DNA of 63,630 bases, counting the filler, from Dugesia japonica (Eukaryota), in assembly GCA_001938525.1 (NCBI GenBank). It is 6 parts of 6 records of this genome, joined end to end, with 100 filler letters (N's around TTAATTAATTAA, not from the genome) between each part and the next. Parts side by side here need not be neighbours in the genome. Positions count along the whole stretch, not along the records: positions 8,905 to 22,370 come from MQRL01606090.1; positions 22,471 to 31,851 come from MQRL01258999.1; 4 more parts are not named here. One strand, 5' to 3'. The number at the start of each line of letters is the position of its first letter. Position 1 is the stretch's first letter. The notes under the pieces were generated by a model. The model was given only the letters and a program-made list of their open reading frames with translations, was not told where the DNA came from and ran no database searches. Of this stretch, positions 13,400-25,380 are shown in pieces. Position numbers and translations under genes: made by a program.

Positions 13400-15025
13400 T
13401 TTTAATCAAGTTAACAATAATATTGACCCATCTTATTGTTATTCGGCACCTTAATTAATATTAGTAGCAGGATTAAAATATACAGCTGTAAAATAAATAT
13501 ATTATAAATAAAAAACTTTTGATATGTTACTATTTTTTGAACAGGGAATTAGAGGTGGAGTTTCATCAGTTTTAGGAGACAGATTTGTAAAATGTAATAA
13601 TAGGGAAACTAATTCAAGATTAAATTTTATGAATGAATTAGGTTTATTAAATTTAAATTTAGAACAAACACAAAAACAAGAAAATTATTTAACCTATTAT
13701 GATGAAAATTCATTATATTCATTAGCAATGTGTGAACCATTACCAACAGGAGAAAATGAATGGGATACAAATCTAAAATATGAATCACCAACAGAAGATA
13801 CAGGATGTTTATACGAAGTAGAATTAAAATACCCAGATTAAATAAAAGAAAAAACCAAATATTTTCCATTTTTACAAATAAAGAAAACCTAAATTATAAT
13901 GAATTTATAAATTATCAAAAATCAATTGCTTCACATAATTATAAACCTATGAATAAATTATTATTAACACAATATAATAAAGCAAAATATATAATTGATA
14001 GAAGAATGTTTGATAAGTATTTCAATAATGTTATTAAAATTGTTAAAATCCATAGAAGGATATATGGAACATAATATTAAACAAAGAAAAAACCAAAATT
14101 AAGTGATGATAAATTTGGTGATTATTTCTTTAAACTATTATTTAATGCATTTTATGGTAAAACTTTGGAAAATATAAGAAATCAACAAAATATAGAAATT
14201 ATAACCGATTCAATTAAATTCAAACATTTTTTTTATCAAAATTCATTTAAAATAAAAGATTTCGATCAAAAGTTTGTTTTTTTCGTTTTTGATAGCAATT
14301 CAATTTTTCAACCTTGTCTTCTTGAGGAATTGACAATTCAAGTCAAAAGTCAATTCCTGAAATATTGAATTTTTATCAAAAACGAAAAAAAAAACAAAAT
14401 TTTGATCGAATGTTTCGTTTGAAATAACTTCTGAAAAACTATCAATGGTTATGTCCAACAATTATTCTCGCAATAATTGCAATTGTAAAATTTATTATCA
14501 AAGTCAACATTTAAAAAAGATTTACAGATGACGTAACGGCAGTTCATGTGTTAAATAATACAATCAAACTAATTTAATTATGTTGGTTTTACAATACTAG
14601 AAATATCTAAATTAATTATGTACAGATTTATATATGATTATATAGATAAAAAATTAGATAATTATAAAATCCATTATACTGATACCGAAAGCATATTTTA
14701 GAAATCAAAATCCCATTCAATTAATCAATCTAATAAGAAGTTTCAAAATTTGGTGAATTTATACATAAATCAGATTTATTGAAATTTAAAGATGAATTAA
14801 ATAGTAAATGTATATATGAATCTGTATATATTTAGCTCCAAAAAGTTATTATTATAAAACTTTAGATAAATATTAAATAAAATAATAACAAAGGATAATT
14901 ATAAATTAAATTCAGATCATATAAAAATGATAAAACAAATTAAAGAACCATTAAATTCATTTCAAGATAAACTTATAATTCATTCTTTACCAATTCACAC
15001 TTTACCACTTGGTTACTTTTCTTGA
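13400..15025 (+). pseudogene. Polinton/Maverick protein-primed DNA polymerase B (pPolB), decayed
   Basis: DPSYCYSAP; EQGIRGGVS; YYDENSLYSLAMCEPLPTG; FFKLLFNAFYGKTLENIRN; YVGFTILEISK; HYTDTES; FKDEL; LPLGY. Confidence 0.9.
14230..14490. mobile_element. Palindromic MITE/foldback-like insertion within pPolB
   Basis: 14261-14294 and 14374-14410 are inverted copies; the end aacaattattctcgcaataattg is the reverse complement of 16667-16689. Confidence 0.65.
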
Positions 15026-15880
15026 ATATTTTACTCACAGAGTAAAAATGTGTATATATACCTCACAGCTCGAGGTATATAAACCCATTTATGCATTGTA
15101 TATATAAAAATTCCTTGATGTTTTTGTTGCGAAATATTTACTAGTCCATGTATATGCAAAATTCCTCATGATTTCTTTAGAATTTAATTTTCTTAATCCT
15201 CCAATTCTTTTAATAAATTTTATTTTCCATAGTTTTATCAAATTCCATGCTGGAAATATCTTTTTTAGTTTTTGAAATCAAATCTTTAACTTCTTTAACC
15301 ATATTTTTGCTGGTAGAAATTTCATCATCAGTTAATACATCATCATTTAAAGCTTTTTGATGAAATAAAAATAATTTATTTTTAACTGTTTCAAGTTCAT
15401 GAATTTACTGATGATATTTCTTTTTTCTATTGTTTAAACATGATACACAATAGAATAAATTACTGGAATTAATGTAATTGTTCCAGTACTTATTAATGGA
15501 GTTGTAGTTCACAATGTTATCTAAATTGCACCTCAAATTCTAATAATTACACTCATACCGATATCGGTATATCTAATACCACTATCAAATTTACTCCATC
15601 TTTTGTATATTTTGGTATAGTGTTTAATTATCTCGCAAACCATCAATCATTTTCCTAAAGTAATAAAATAAGAATTTAATTATTAGAAACTTGAAGAATT
15701 TTTTTTAAAATTTTTCACTTCACATTTGAAACATTTGGTGGTGTAAATTTAGTTAATAATTCTCTTGTAACTAATAAATCATTTAATATTGTAATATTAT
15801 GAATATATTTCAGGTAAAATTAATGAAATACTGTCTACTTGTTCATTATTAGAAGCAATTTTATCACTTGATATCATTAT
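15025..15880 (-). pseudogene. Two decayed Polinton accessory ORFs (a transmembrane protein with a KALNDDVLTDDE motif and a small RIGGLRKLN...FAYTWT protein)
   Basis: Manual translation through stops and frameshifts; convergent with pPolB; motifs resemble conserved Polinton hypothetical proteins as I recall them. Confidence 0.5.
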
Positions 15881-16329
15881 TAATAAGTTTTCTTTCAGTA
15901 AAATTATATTCAAAATTTTTATTTATACCATAAGTATTTTAAAATATGGAATATCATAATATCCATAAAAAACAAAATATACTTTTAAATAACTTAATGT
16001 AAAATAAAATTCTATAAGTTTATATAAATAAAAATATCCTCGTTTTTTATTATCATTTCTTTTAATTTTAATTAAAAAATATTTAATAATAATATAACTG
16101 GTAAAATCATATCTTTATAATCTGTTTCTGATCTCATAGTGAATAGATTTAATTTTTTATTTCAATTTTTTTAATAACTTTAACATTCTACCTACTTCAT
16201 TACAAAATGTAGTTATTTTTTTAAATTGCATAATTTTATAATTTAAATATGATATCTTATTTAAAATATTTTCTTTAGTCAAATTATTTGATATACATAA
16301 CTTATTTTCTTTGTTTATTTATTTTATAC

Positions 16330-16640
16330 AGTAGTAGGTAGATCCTAGCGCACTGGATCAGACTCCCCAGATCTAATTCTTTTCAAGTTTAGTAATCTAG
16401 TATACTCAACTCTGATTGGTCCGTGATCTAGTATACTTCATTCTGATTAACTAAAATAATTCAAGGTCGAATTTTCAAGGTCAGTGATTTAGTATACTCG
16501 ATTCTGATTGGTAGAAAATTTCAAGGTCAAGACAACGATTTGTTGGTCAAAGTCAACTATCATCCGCCAAGACTTTCTAGATCAGACTTACTATTTAAAT
16601 TCCTCTCACAGACTATATATTTTTTGTTTTAATGTTATAT
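16330..16640 (+). promoter_or_regulatory. Putative Polinton terminus (AGTAGTAGG) with TCAAGGTCA / CTGATTGG motif array
   Basis: AGTAGT start typical of Polinton TIRs; TCAAGGTCA at 16475 and 16521; CTGATTGG at 16412 and 16504; homologous to 20379-20720. Confidence 0.55.
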
Positions 16641-17756
16641 TTATTTATTATTTTATTTTATAATTACAATTATTGCGAGAATAATTGTTGAATTTAATCA
16701 TTGATCGCGTTGGAGATTTCATTAAAATAAAGAAAAGTCTTCGATCAAAAATATTGTTTGTTTGTATAGAAATTCAAATTTTCGACAATAGTCTTTTTCA
16801 GGAAAATGATGACTTCTTGATATATTCAACGCAATAGATTTTTGTTACATAATTCTTTAGATTTTATCGAAATTTTATTGGTTTATTTTAATTATGAATT
16901 TTAATTTTATATTAATTCTCAAAATTTTTTCATTAAATCAAAAATTCTTTTAAATATTTAATTTTTGTTGAGTTTTGATATAATTTTCATATATTAGAGA
17001 TTTTTAAAAATTTTTTTCAATTATAAATTTTTATATATTAGTGATTTTTAAAAATTTTTATTCGATTATAATTTTATATATTAGAAATTTTGAAATTTTA
17101 CAAGTGCTTTTTCGATACAATTTAGACTCTAAAAATACAAAGTTGAACAAAGAAATTTTTTTTGGGAAATTCTATACAATTTGTTAAATATTTAAACGAC
17201 TTCTATGTAATTGATTAAAAACTGTTATGACTTCTATGTTATTTTGAAAATATTTCAACGACATCTAATTAATACAATTATACATTAATAATACATTAAT
17301 TAATGTATTAATTAATACGACATCTAATTAATTTATTTCGTCTTTCTAATACACAAAATCTATTATTGTTGATTCCATGTTTAACCTTGTCAAATTCTAG
17401 TGTCCACTGATCAATTGCCACTCAGCCTACACAAATGTCACCGCTTATTACTTGGAATGCAAATGTAACACCGCTATGCTAAACAACGCGAGCATATGTT
17501 GCTTACACATATTAAAAAATTGGAGATCATCTATAAAAAGCAATTATCAATTGCCAACGCAACCACAAACAGATTTAGCAAGATAGCATTTTTGAACCAG
17601 TATATCGCGGATCTGGCCGCTAAACGCAATACCCTGACCATCAACTAGTGGAACGACGAGGATTACGAAGCTGCATTCGATTTTAATAACGAGCCTTCAA
17701 CACAACCAGAACTAAGTATCTTAATGTAAAAATAAAAGTTTTAGTGTTACCACTCT

Positions 17757-20370
17757 TGTTGTATTGTCTCTTATATAGTTAAAATGAGGGAATGAGGAAC
17801 CTGAACTAAAGGAATGCAGACAAGCACTCCAATTACGGGTTAAGTCACCAGACCTATTCCGAAAATCTAGCTCAGAGAGGTTAGATAAAATTTTTAGCGA
17901 TGTTCTGCTGGGTGACTGATTCTCCCAGTCAGAAAATAAAACATGTAACCAAGATGAAACCCCAACACTTCGTTTATATATTCAATTATTATAAGTGTAA
18001 TAACCTTGAATTTTATTTCATTTTAGCGAAAACCTAAAGTAGTAATTTTATATTTTTATAATTTTATATTTTGAAGCTAAATTTATTTTTGATAAAATTA
18101 AAATAAATGTTTATTATAAATTCCAAATAAAATAATTAATTATCTTAACTTATTTAAATTACTTTTTATAGTAATTAATTTTATTCTAACTTTATACAAT
18201 TAATCTGACCTTAATTCTTTTAAACAAAAAATTATTTAAATTGCAATATTCTGTCATCTATCTTATTTCAATAACAACTAAGTGATTAAAATATTTATTA
18301 AATATAAATTATAACGTTAATTCGTATTATTCAAATAACGTTATTTCGAATTTCTATAATTCCTACCTCCTTCAAAACGTTTTCTATCTTTTTAGCCATT
18401 CTATTCTTCTGGTTTTCAAACCATTTGGAAACTTGATTTCTACTTGACATGCTAATACAAACGTTACTATCTGGTATGGCCCTTCATACAGCAAACCGTT
18501 TTTTGTTTGTGTGGTTTAACTCGGACTAAAACCCACTCTCCCTCTTTAAAGAATCTTTGTCCTCGCTTATCTTTCTCGAAAATTTCCATTGTTAGCGTTG
18601 CCTTCTTCAAATTCTGCCACACTTTCTCTTCTCAACCTTCCTTTTGAGAGCGTTTCCATTTTGGTATGCAGATTTATCTTTCGACCAAATACAGTTTCGA
18701 AAGGAGAGAATTTTGTTGACTCTTGTATTATAGCATTAATACTAAATTCTACTCTCGGTAATAATATCTCCCAATCTTTCTCATTACATTTCCATTTTAT
18801 TGATATCGTAATAATGTCTCTCACTGTTTGGATCGTCCGTTCTACCAAACCATTTGATTGCTGTTGATACGGGAACTAAATTCCTGTACGATTCCCAATT
18901 TTCCTAGTTTCTTTGTTATCATTTGACTTTCAAATTTTTTATCTCTATCAGTCAGAAGGGAATTTGGTTTACCAAAACCGTATATCCATTTGTACAAAAT
19001 TATCATAAAAATCGTCTCTTCATCCATTTTTGAAACTGCAGATAAGCTGACTAATTTGATGAAACGATCAGTAATCACTACCATATATTTCTTTCTAGAC
19101 TTGCTCTGTTTCAAATGAGCTATGTCCAGTAGGATTTGTTCTTAAAGATTTTGGCTTCTCTACGGTATAAGCTTTTTTTGTACGACTTTGTACTACTTTC
19201 CTTTTGGCACACATCTCGAATTTATCAATACTTTTATTAACTGTCTTACGCATCCCTGGCCAGAAATAACTATCTTGTACGTATAAAAATAATCTTTCCT
19301 TCCCACATGACATAAATCTTCATGAATTTCTTATATCATTTTGTCACATATACTTGTTGGAACCACGAACAAAAATTTATTTCCTCTTTCCACTACTAAC
19401 AAATCATCCACTATTTTTAATCCATGCTTCGGTTTATTCCAGTAACTTCCTTGTTCACTATTTTTAGTCTCTAAACCTTCTTCTCCCATCATTGCTACAC
19501 AGCTTTGTATTTCTGATTCTTCTGTCAAAGCCTGTCGAATCATTGTAATTATATCGGTCTCATGTAGAATTCCATTAATATGTTTCACTCTGGCTTTTCT
19601 CCTTTTACGTCTCTGTTTCATGCTATGTTGTGAACATAAACTCTCCTTTAGATTTGACAACTCATACTGATTGTTGTATTCTTCACCTTTTCTATACTTG
19701 AGTTCAAAATCATACAATCCCAAATTTGCCATCCAAGTCTGGAATTTTTGATTGATTGGTTTCTTTGTGTTATTCAAAAACACCAACGCTTTGTGTTCCG
19801 TTCTTACTAGAAATCTCTATCCATACACATATTCTTTTAATTGTTGTACAAATTTGTGTATAGCTAATAGTTCTTTCCTTGTCACACAATATCCTTCTTC
19901 ATGAGCTGTCGAATATTGGAATCCATACGCTATTACCACTTCCCTTTTCTCTTCGGATTGACTAAGGACTGCACTGATAGCCTTGAATCTAGCATCAGTG
20001 TCTAAAATGAACATTCGATACTGAAGCACTACACATCTTGTCTTTTAACATATTGAAACTGTTCTGGAATGCTTCTGTCCAAAGTAAGGTTTTGTTGCAA
20101 CCTGAAGTTGCTTCATATAAAGGAGCTGCTATCTTTGCATAATCTTTTATGAAACGTCTGTAGTAGTTTGTTAGTCTGAGAAACAAACGGAGTTTTGGAG
20201 AACATTCTGGAACTATAGCATTCCTAATCTTCTGAATCTTAACTTCAATAGTGCGTATACCAGATGCACTAACTGTATTTCCCAAGAATAACACTTCTTT
20301 ATGATAAAACGTACATTTATCCGGATTTATTCTTAATCCCAAGTCTATTATCCTGTAAAAGACTATCTCT
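17757..20370 (-). mobile_element. Ty3/gypsy family C (RT end, RNase H, integrase, PPT, probable 3' LTR), decayed
   Basis: LTNYYRRFIKDYAKIAAPL; FILDTDA; YCVTRKELLAI; ITDRF...GKPNSLLTDR; VERTIQTVRD; polypurine tract near 18361-18373. Confidence 0.9.
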
Positions 20371-20378
20371 AACCCCCG

Positions 20379-20720
20379 CCAAGGTCAAATTTTTCCAAGG
20401 TCAGTGTTCTATTATACTTCATTCTCATTGGCTGAAATATTTCAAGGTTGAATTTTCAAGGTCAGTGTTCTAGTATACTTCATTCTCATTGGCTGAAATA
20501 ATTCAAGGTCGAATTTTCAAGGTCAGATTGATTTAGTATACTCAGTTTTGAGAATGTTTGAAGGTAGAATGAATGTGAATCAATGATATTTCCATGACAA
20601 TCTTTGTCAATGTCAACTATCATCTAGACAGACTTAATAATAAAGTTCTCCGAACTGACTTAATATTAAAGTTTTCCCCGCAGACTTAATATTAAAATGT
20701 CCTAGACAGGTTTAATATTT
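20379..20720 (+). repeat. 61-bp tandem repeat carrying (T/C)CAAGGTCA and CTCATTGG motifs
   Basis: Motif at 20395, 20456 and 20517 (period 61); same family as 16400-16640. Confidence 0.85.
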
Positions 20721-20891
20721 TTTGTTTTATTGTATTTATTTATTTNNNNNNNNNNNNNNNNNNNNNNNNNNNNNNNNNNNNNNNNNNNNNNNNNNACTAC
20801 TAATGAAAATAAAAAACAATTTAAAAATGAATGTTTATTTTATAACATATAATTAACAGTCAATATAATAAAATATATTTGTTGGTTTTTC

Positions 20892-21168
20892 TTAAAGATC
20901 CGAACCTTTAATTTTCAGTATTCCTTCTTCAAACATTGGCACATCTTCAACTGTTTTTACATCAGCCCTAATTTCAACATCCTCTTGAATATTTTCTAAG
21001 TTATTCATTATTTAAATAATAAATTAATAAAAATATCTTACCTATAGTTTCAACAAATGTTTCCTTCTTCTCTTCTTCATTCAATTCTACAAAATTTTGT
21101 TGATTTTCATGAGAATAATTTATATCAATATATACAATTATATCATCTATAACTTTATCTAAATTCAT
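20892..21168 (-). CDS. Putative two-exon small acidic protein (76 aa) downstream of pPolB
   Basis: Exon 1 21168-21042, 46-nt intron GTAAG...TTAG 21041-20996, exon 2 20995-20892; open after splicing (MNLDKVIDD...ETI-E-NIQEDVE...KGSDL*); AATAAA at 20839-20834. Confidence 0.55.
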
Positions 21169-21642
21169 TATTGATAAAATGAAAAATGTTGATTTTGTTT
21201 ATATTGGCCACTGTTGNNNNNNNNNNNNNNNNNNNNNNNNNNNNNNNNNNNNNNNNNNNNNNNNNNNNNATGCTCATTGTATACTTGCATTTGAGTTGCA
21301 CATATATGACGCAGTTGTTGATGACTTGTAACTGTATTGCATTTTCTTTGTTTAACTTGCATTCTTATTGCGCAGCTGTATTACTCATGCTCTTTGTATA
21401 CTTGCACTCGTGTTGCAATGTCTTTGATTCAAGTTTCACCAGTATGACTCATAGTTTTTTTCTTGAATTCTATCTGTATTGCATGTTCTTTGTTTAAATT
21501 TCTTTCTCAAACTTATAATTTTGAGCCCTAATGAGAACTTATATACTCTCAATCAATATTTGTGGTCATAAAGACGACCGTTACACGTTCACATATATAC
21601 AATTTTCTTCTTTTTCCTGAATTAAAAAATTTTAAATATTAT

Positions 21643-22370
21643 CTAAAACCAAATAATTTCATACTTTGAGATAGACTGGATTGAGCATGATTGGGTTGGA
21701 TTGATCTTGATTGAGGAAAAGTATTTCAATAAATAATGCCCGTATGGAAAACTTAAATTTTTCTCTGTCCATACTCGCTTATCATCCTTATTAGACAGAG
21801 CTATCTTTTTATTCTTAATACTACAGAGCTGATGATTTTTCGATGTTTTTCGAAATTGCTCTACTGAGACCGTTCCATTATTATTATAACAGTCAAGGTA
21901 TGACTGGTGAAAAATGTCAGTACCTTTTAATGTTATACCCTTAGCTTTCATTGATTCTTTCTTGCTAAGTAGGTTATAACAATTTGGTCTCAAAAATATC
22001 TATTCTTGATATTTCTCCCCTTTGTTCTCAACCTTGAACTTGCCAATTACTGAATTTAAATTGTTGATGTAAAGAAAATGGCTTGTGTTGTAATTGGATG
22101 TATCTTATAGCTGATCCTTCTTCATTAATCCGGTCAGTTTTTCCAAACGTATGTCTACCACTTCTAAGAAAAAACTATCGGTATCACCGGCAACTATATT
22201 TATCTTACGATTCTCTTCCTGTCTGTACTTTTCCAACTCAATGTACGGTAATCGGTACATTCTTAACTTGCTTAAGTCAAATACAGTCTGCCTATTTAAC
22301 TCGGTCGATCCAAACAAACAATATCTTTGTTCAACCAAACAGCTATTAGATCATCATCAATTTTAGTTGT
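21643..22370 (-). pseudogene. Polinton pPolB C-terminal half (AGDTDS variant)
   Basis: QTVFDLSKLRMY; NIVAGDTDSFFL; GKFKVENKG; LRPNCY; KAKGI; KIALSNKDDKR; PYGHY. Confidence 0.9.
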
Positions 22371-22470
22371 NNNNNNNNNNNNNNNNNNNNNNNNNNNNNN
22401 NNNNNNNNNNNNNNTTAATTAATTAANNNNNNNNNNNNNNNNNNNNNNNNNNNNNNNNNNNNNNNNNNNN
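22371..22470. other. Artificial 100-bp contig linker
   Basis: N44-TTAATTAATTAA-N44. Confidence 0.95.
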
Positions 22471-22833
22471 TGATTTTATATAAAGGTGGACCCCCTAGAA
22501 TTAATTACAGAAATCATCAACGTAAAAAGGGTAAAACCCCAACAATAAAGAAAATCTGTAATTTTTCAAAGTTCCACAGTTATTGTTGAGACGGTTTCCT
22601 TAGTGAGTTGGTTTTCTTGCATTTTTAAATTGTAAATGTTATTAATGTTATGTAAAACCTTTGCTTATATACTTGTTGCGATACACACATACTCGTTATT
22701 TGTGAGTTCATATTTGTTATTATTTAATATGGTTTTATATTATTCATTTAAATTTGTATGATTAGTTAATGTTTGATATAGTTGATATGATTCGATTATA
22801 TTCGTTACAATAGTTATGATTGGTTTCCTGGTT

Positions 22834-22872
22834 TATATAAATAGGACCTCTTTTTTAAAATTAAATTCACTT
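22834..22872 (+). promoter_or_regulatory. TATA box + initiator-like element for the gene at 22888
   Basis: TATATAAATAG 22834-22844; TTCACTT about 33 nt downstream. Confidence 0.5.
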
Positions 22873-22887
22873 TTACAAAAACAAAAA

Positions 22888-23423
22888 ATGAATTTCTTTG
22901 AAAATTCCTTTGAAAATTTAGATCAAAGTGTACGAGTTATTAAACATCTTGTTAAGCATGAAAGATTAAAAAACTTAATTTCCACTATTGATAACGAATC
23001 CATGAATATTAATGAAGAAATAGAAGAAACAACCATTCAAGATGATCAAAAACCAGATGATGAAAAGATGGATGAGGAATGTCATGATATTAATGACAGT
23101 GGTCTTCATTTTGAAAATATGTATAAAAAATACCAACATTTTTATGGTAAGAGTTTAATGTATTATTACAACTTTATTTAATTTTTTTTCTAGAATTAGT
23201 GAAGCAGATATTAAATAAAAAGTTTCCAGAATTTTGTAATAACTGTATGTTGATGACCACAGAGGAATATTTTGATCATATATTGCAAACAAAAACAATT
23301 GATCTAATTATGAACGATTACATAATGGAACTTCGATCTGATTTGTTATGTAATGTTAACAAGACACATTACGAGATCTTGAAGGAACATTTTATGAAGA
23401 TGGATGAAGAATTTGAAATCTAA
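22888..23423 (+). CDS. Intact two-exon gene, 162-aa acidic protein of unknown function, in Polinton subterminal region
   Basis: AAAAATG start; exon 1 22888-23146; 47-nt intron GTAAGA...TTTTCTAG 23147-23193; exon 2 23194-23423 in frame, joining the two ORF-track ORFs; AATAAA 23433-23438. Confidence 0.7.
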
Positions 23424-23639
23424 TATGCTAATAATAAATGTTTAATTTGTTAATACGGTTTTTATTAGTAAATTAAAAGGCTTTAATAAATATTAAAATA
23501 ATAAAATTTTTATAAGTAGTAAATTAATGAATGCAATAGGTATGCAATAGGAATTCAGCATATATTCACTGAAAATCACGAGCCTGGGACTTTCTTTTAA
23601 TCATTGTAATAGGCATGCATTTTACACGACTACCCCATG

Positions 23640-24050
23640 TTACATGGTTACTATATAATTAACACAAGGTAACTACACAAATAATAAACTTATAAAACCT
23701 ATATTACATAGTTGCTAAGTAAATAATACAATGAAAATATACAAATATTACACTAATAAACCCTATATAATTTATAGTGACTATGTAAAAATACCTTATA
23801 ATACATGATTGTTATGTAAATAATACACTCATAAATCTTATATTTCATGGTTGCTATGAAAATAATACACTCATAAGTCTTATATTACACAGTTATTAGA
23901 AAATATTACATAAATGTTATGTAAAAGTTACACTCATAAACACTATATTTACAGTTACTGTGTAAATAAAACACTCAAAAATCCTATATTACATGGTTAC
24001 TATGTAAATATTACAAGGTAACTATGCAAATAATACCCTCATAAACCCTA
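23640..24050. repeat. Degenerate ~41-bp tandem repeat (TATTACATGGTTACTATGTAAATAATACACTCATAAA...)
   Basis: Repeated aataatacactcataaa and ttacatggtt units. Confidence 0.8.
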
Positions 24051-24460
24051 AAGATATCAAAATATTTATATATTGAAAGGTTCCATGAATTTATGACTTT
24101 TATGATTTTTATGAAAAAAGGTCTGTTTTTGTTTATCATTTTGCACAGAAATGTTCCCAGCTAATATGTTTTTATTAAAGAATTGTCACTACTAATATTT
24201 TTTTTTAAAGAAAAGAATTGTTACACTAATGTTTTATTATTATAGAAAAATTGACAGTCTTCATTTTAAAAAACATTATTTTTTTAAAAAAAAATCTAAA
24301 TAAAATAAAACTACATAAAAAAGACTTAATAATAATAATACATTTATTTTTATCTAAAACAAAAATAATTATCATACATATGAAGTTCATTCTGATGGTT
24401 CTCCATAGCTACATATATCCCTCGTCCCTTGCAAAATATCAAGACTGTTTTACAGGTTTA

Positions 24461-24672
24461 TTTTCCCGCCAAAAAATATTTGTTTTCAATTTCCCGCCAA
24501 ATAACTTTTAAAAATATCAAGATTCCACTTTTTCCCGTTCAAAAATATTAAAAAAACAACCAAAAATACATCAAATACAGTAAAATACCATTACTTTCAT
24601 TAAATTCATGAATTTAAGCAAAATACAGCATTTTTAGCCAAATTAAATATTTGAAAACATTATGACGTCATA
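24461..24672. promoter_or_regulatory. Paired E2F-type sites (TTTCCCGCCAAA) and a CRE/ATF palindrome (TATGACGTCATA)
   Basis: TTTCCCGCCAAA at 24462 and 24490, a degenerate copy at 24531; palindrome 24661-24672. Confidence 0.45.
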
Positions 24673-25199
24673 ACAACCCCAACAGAAAAATTTAAAATAA
24701 ATCTTATAATATCCGATAATTAATTTTCTTTCCACACATACCAACCTCTACTTCATGAAAAACAATTTTTAACATACTTATACAATATAAACCAATTAAA
24801 TAGTAGCTCTTAAAATAAAAAATCAAAGCACATTCAACAACCAACATCTTTTCCATCACATTACCTCTCCAACAAACCATCAACCAACAAATTCCATCAA
24901 CCACATACAAACCTACAGCCTCCATAAAACCTATCCTCGATAATTCATACGACTGTGCCCGTGTGTCACTACCCTTGTATCAAAAACCATCCATCCAAAC
25001 TCATACGTCCTTTAGACAATATATAGACCAAATATATTTTGTCCAACAACAAACAAATCTTCAAAACAACAAAAAGTTATCTCCAAGATCTCCAGCTTCT
25101 CCTCCTCTTTTTTCTAGTATTTTACACACACACAAACACAACTTGACCTACTTTTAAAAAACCACCTTAGTAACCCAAACACACACAAAATTAAAATTT

Positions 25200-25379
25200 A
25201 AAAATACACACACACTTTAAGGATCAAAAAAACTGATCCGATCAAATTTTTTTATCCCAAAAATCTTAGAAAAAAACGAGCACAAAAATAATGTCTAAAA
25301 TATGCAGCTCAAGCGTAATGTGTTTCCGAGTAAGGGGTGATTTATGAAAATTGTGCCCATGTGCCACTATCTATCTACT
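25200..25379 (-). mobile_element. Polinton terminal inverted repeat (right end, ...CCACTATCTATCTACT), abutting gypsy A gag
   Basis: Reverse complement aligns with 31693-31851 (agtag....atagtggc.ca.g..cacaa...ctcg.aaacacatta...ttgatcggatca); AG...CT type terminus. Confidence 0.7.
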
Positions 25380-25380
25380 G

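Noticed and set aside
16188-16196. CTACCTACT as a right-hand Polinton terminus pairing with 16330
   Set aside because: Only 9 bp match, lies in a coding-like frame, no extended TIR or TSD
17378-17736. Broken ORF with AATAAA after the 16330 terminus
   Set aside because: Stops and a frameshift, no recognisable motif; might be a Polinton accessory gene but cannot be supported
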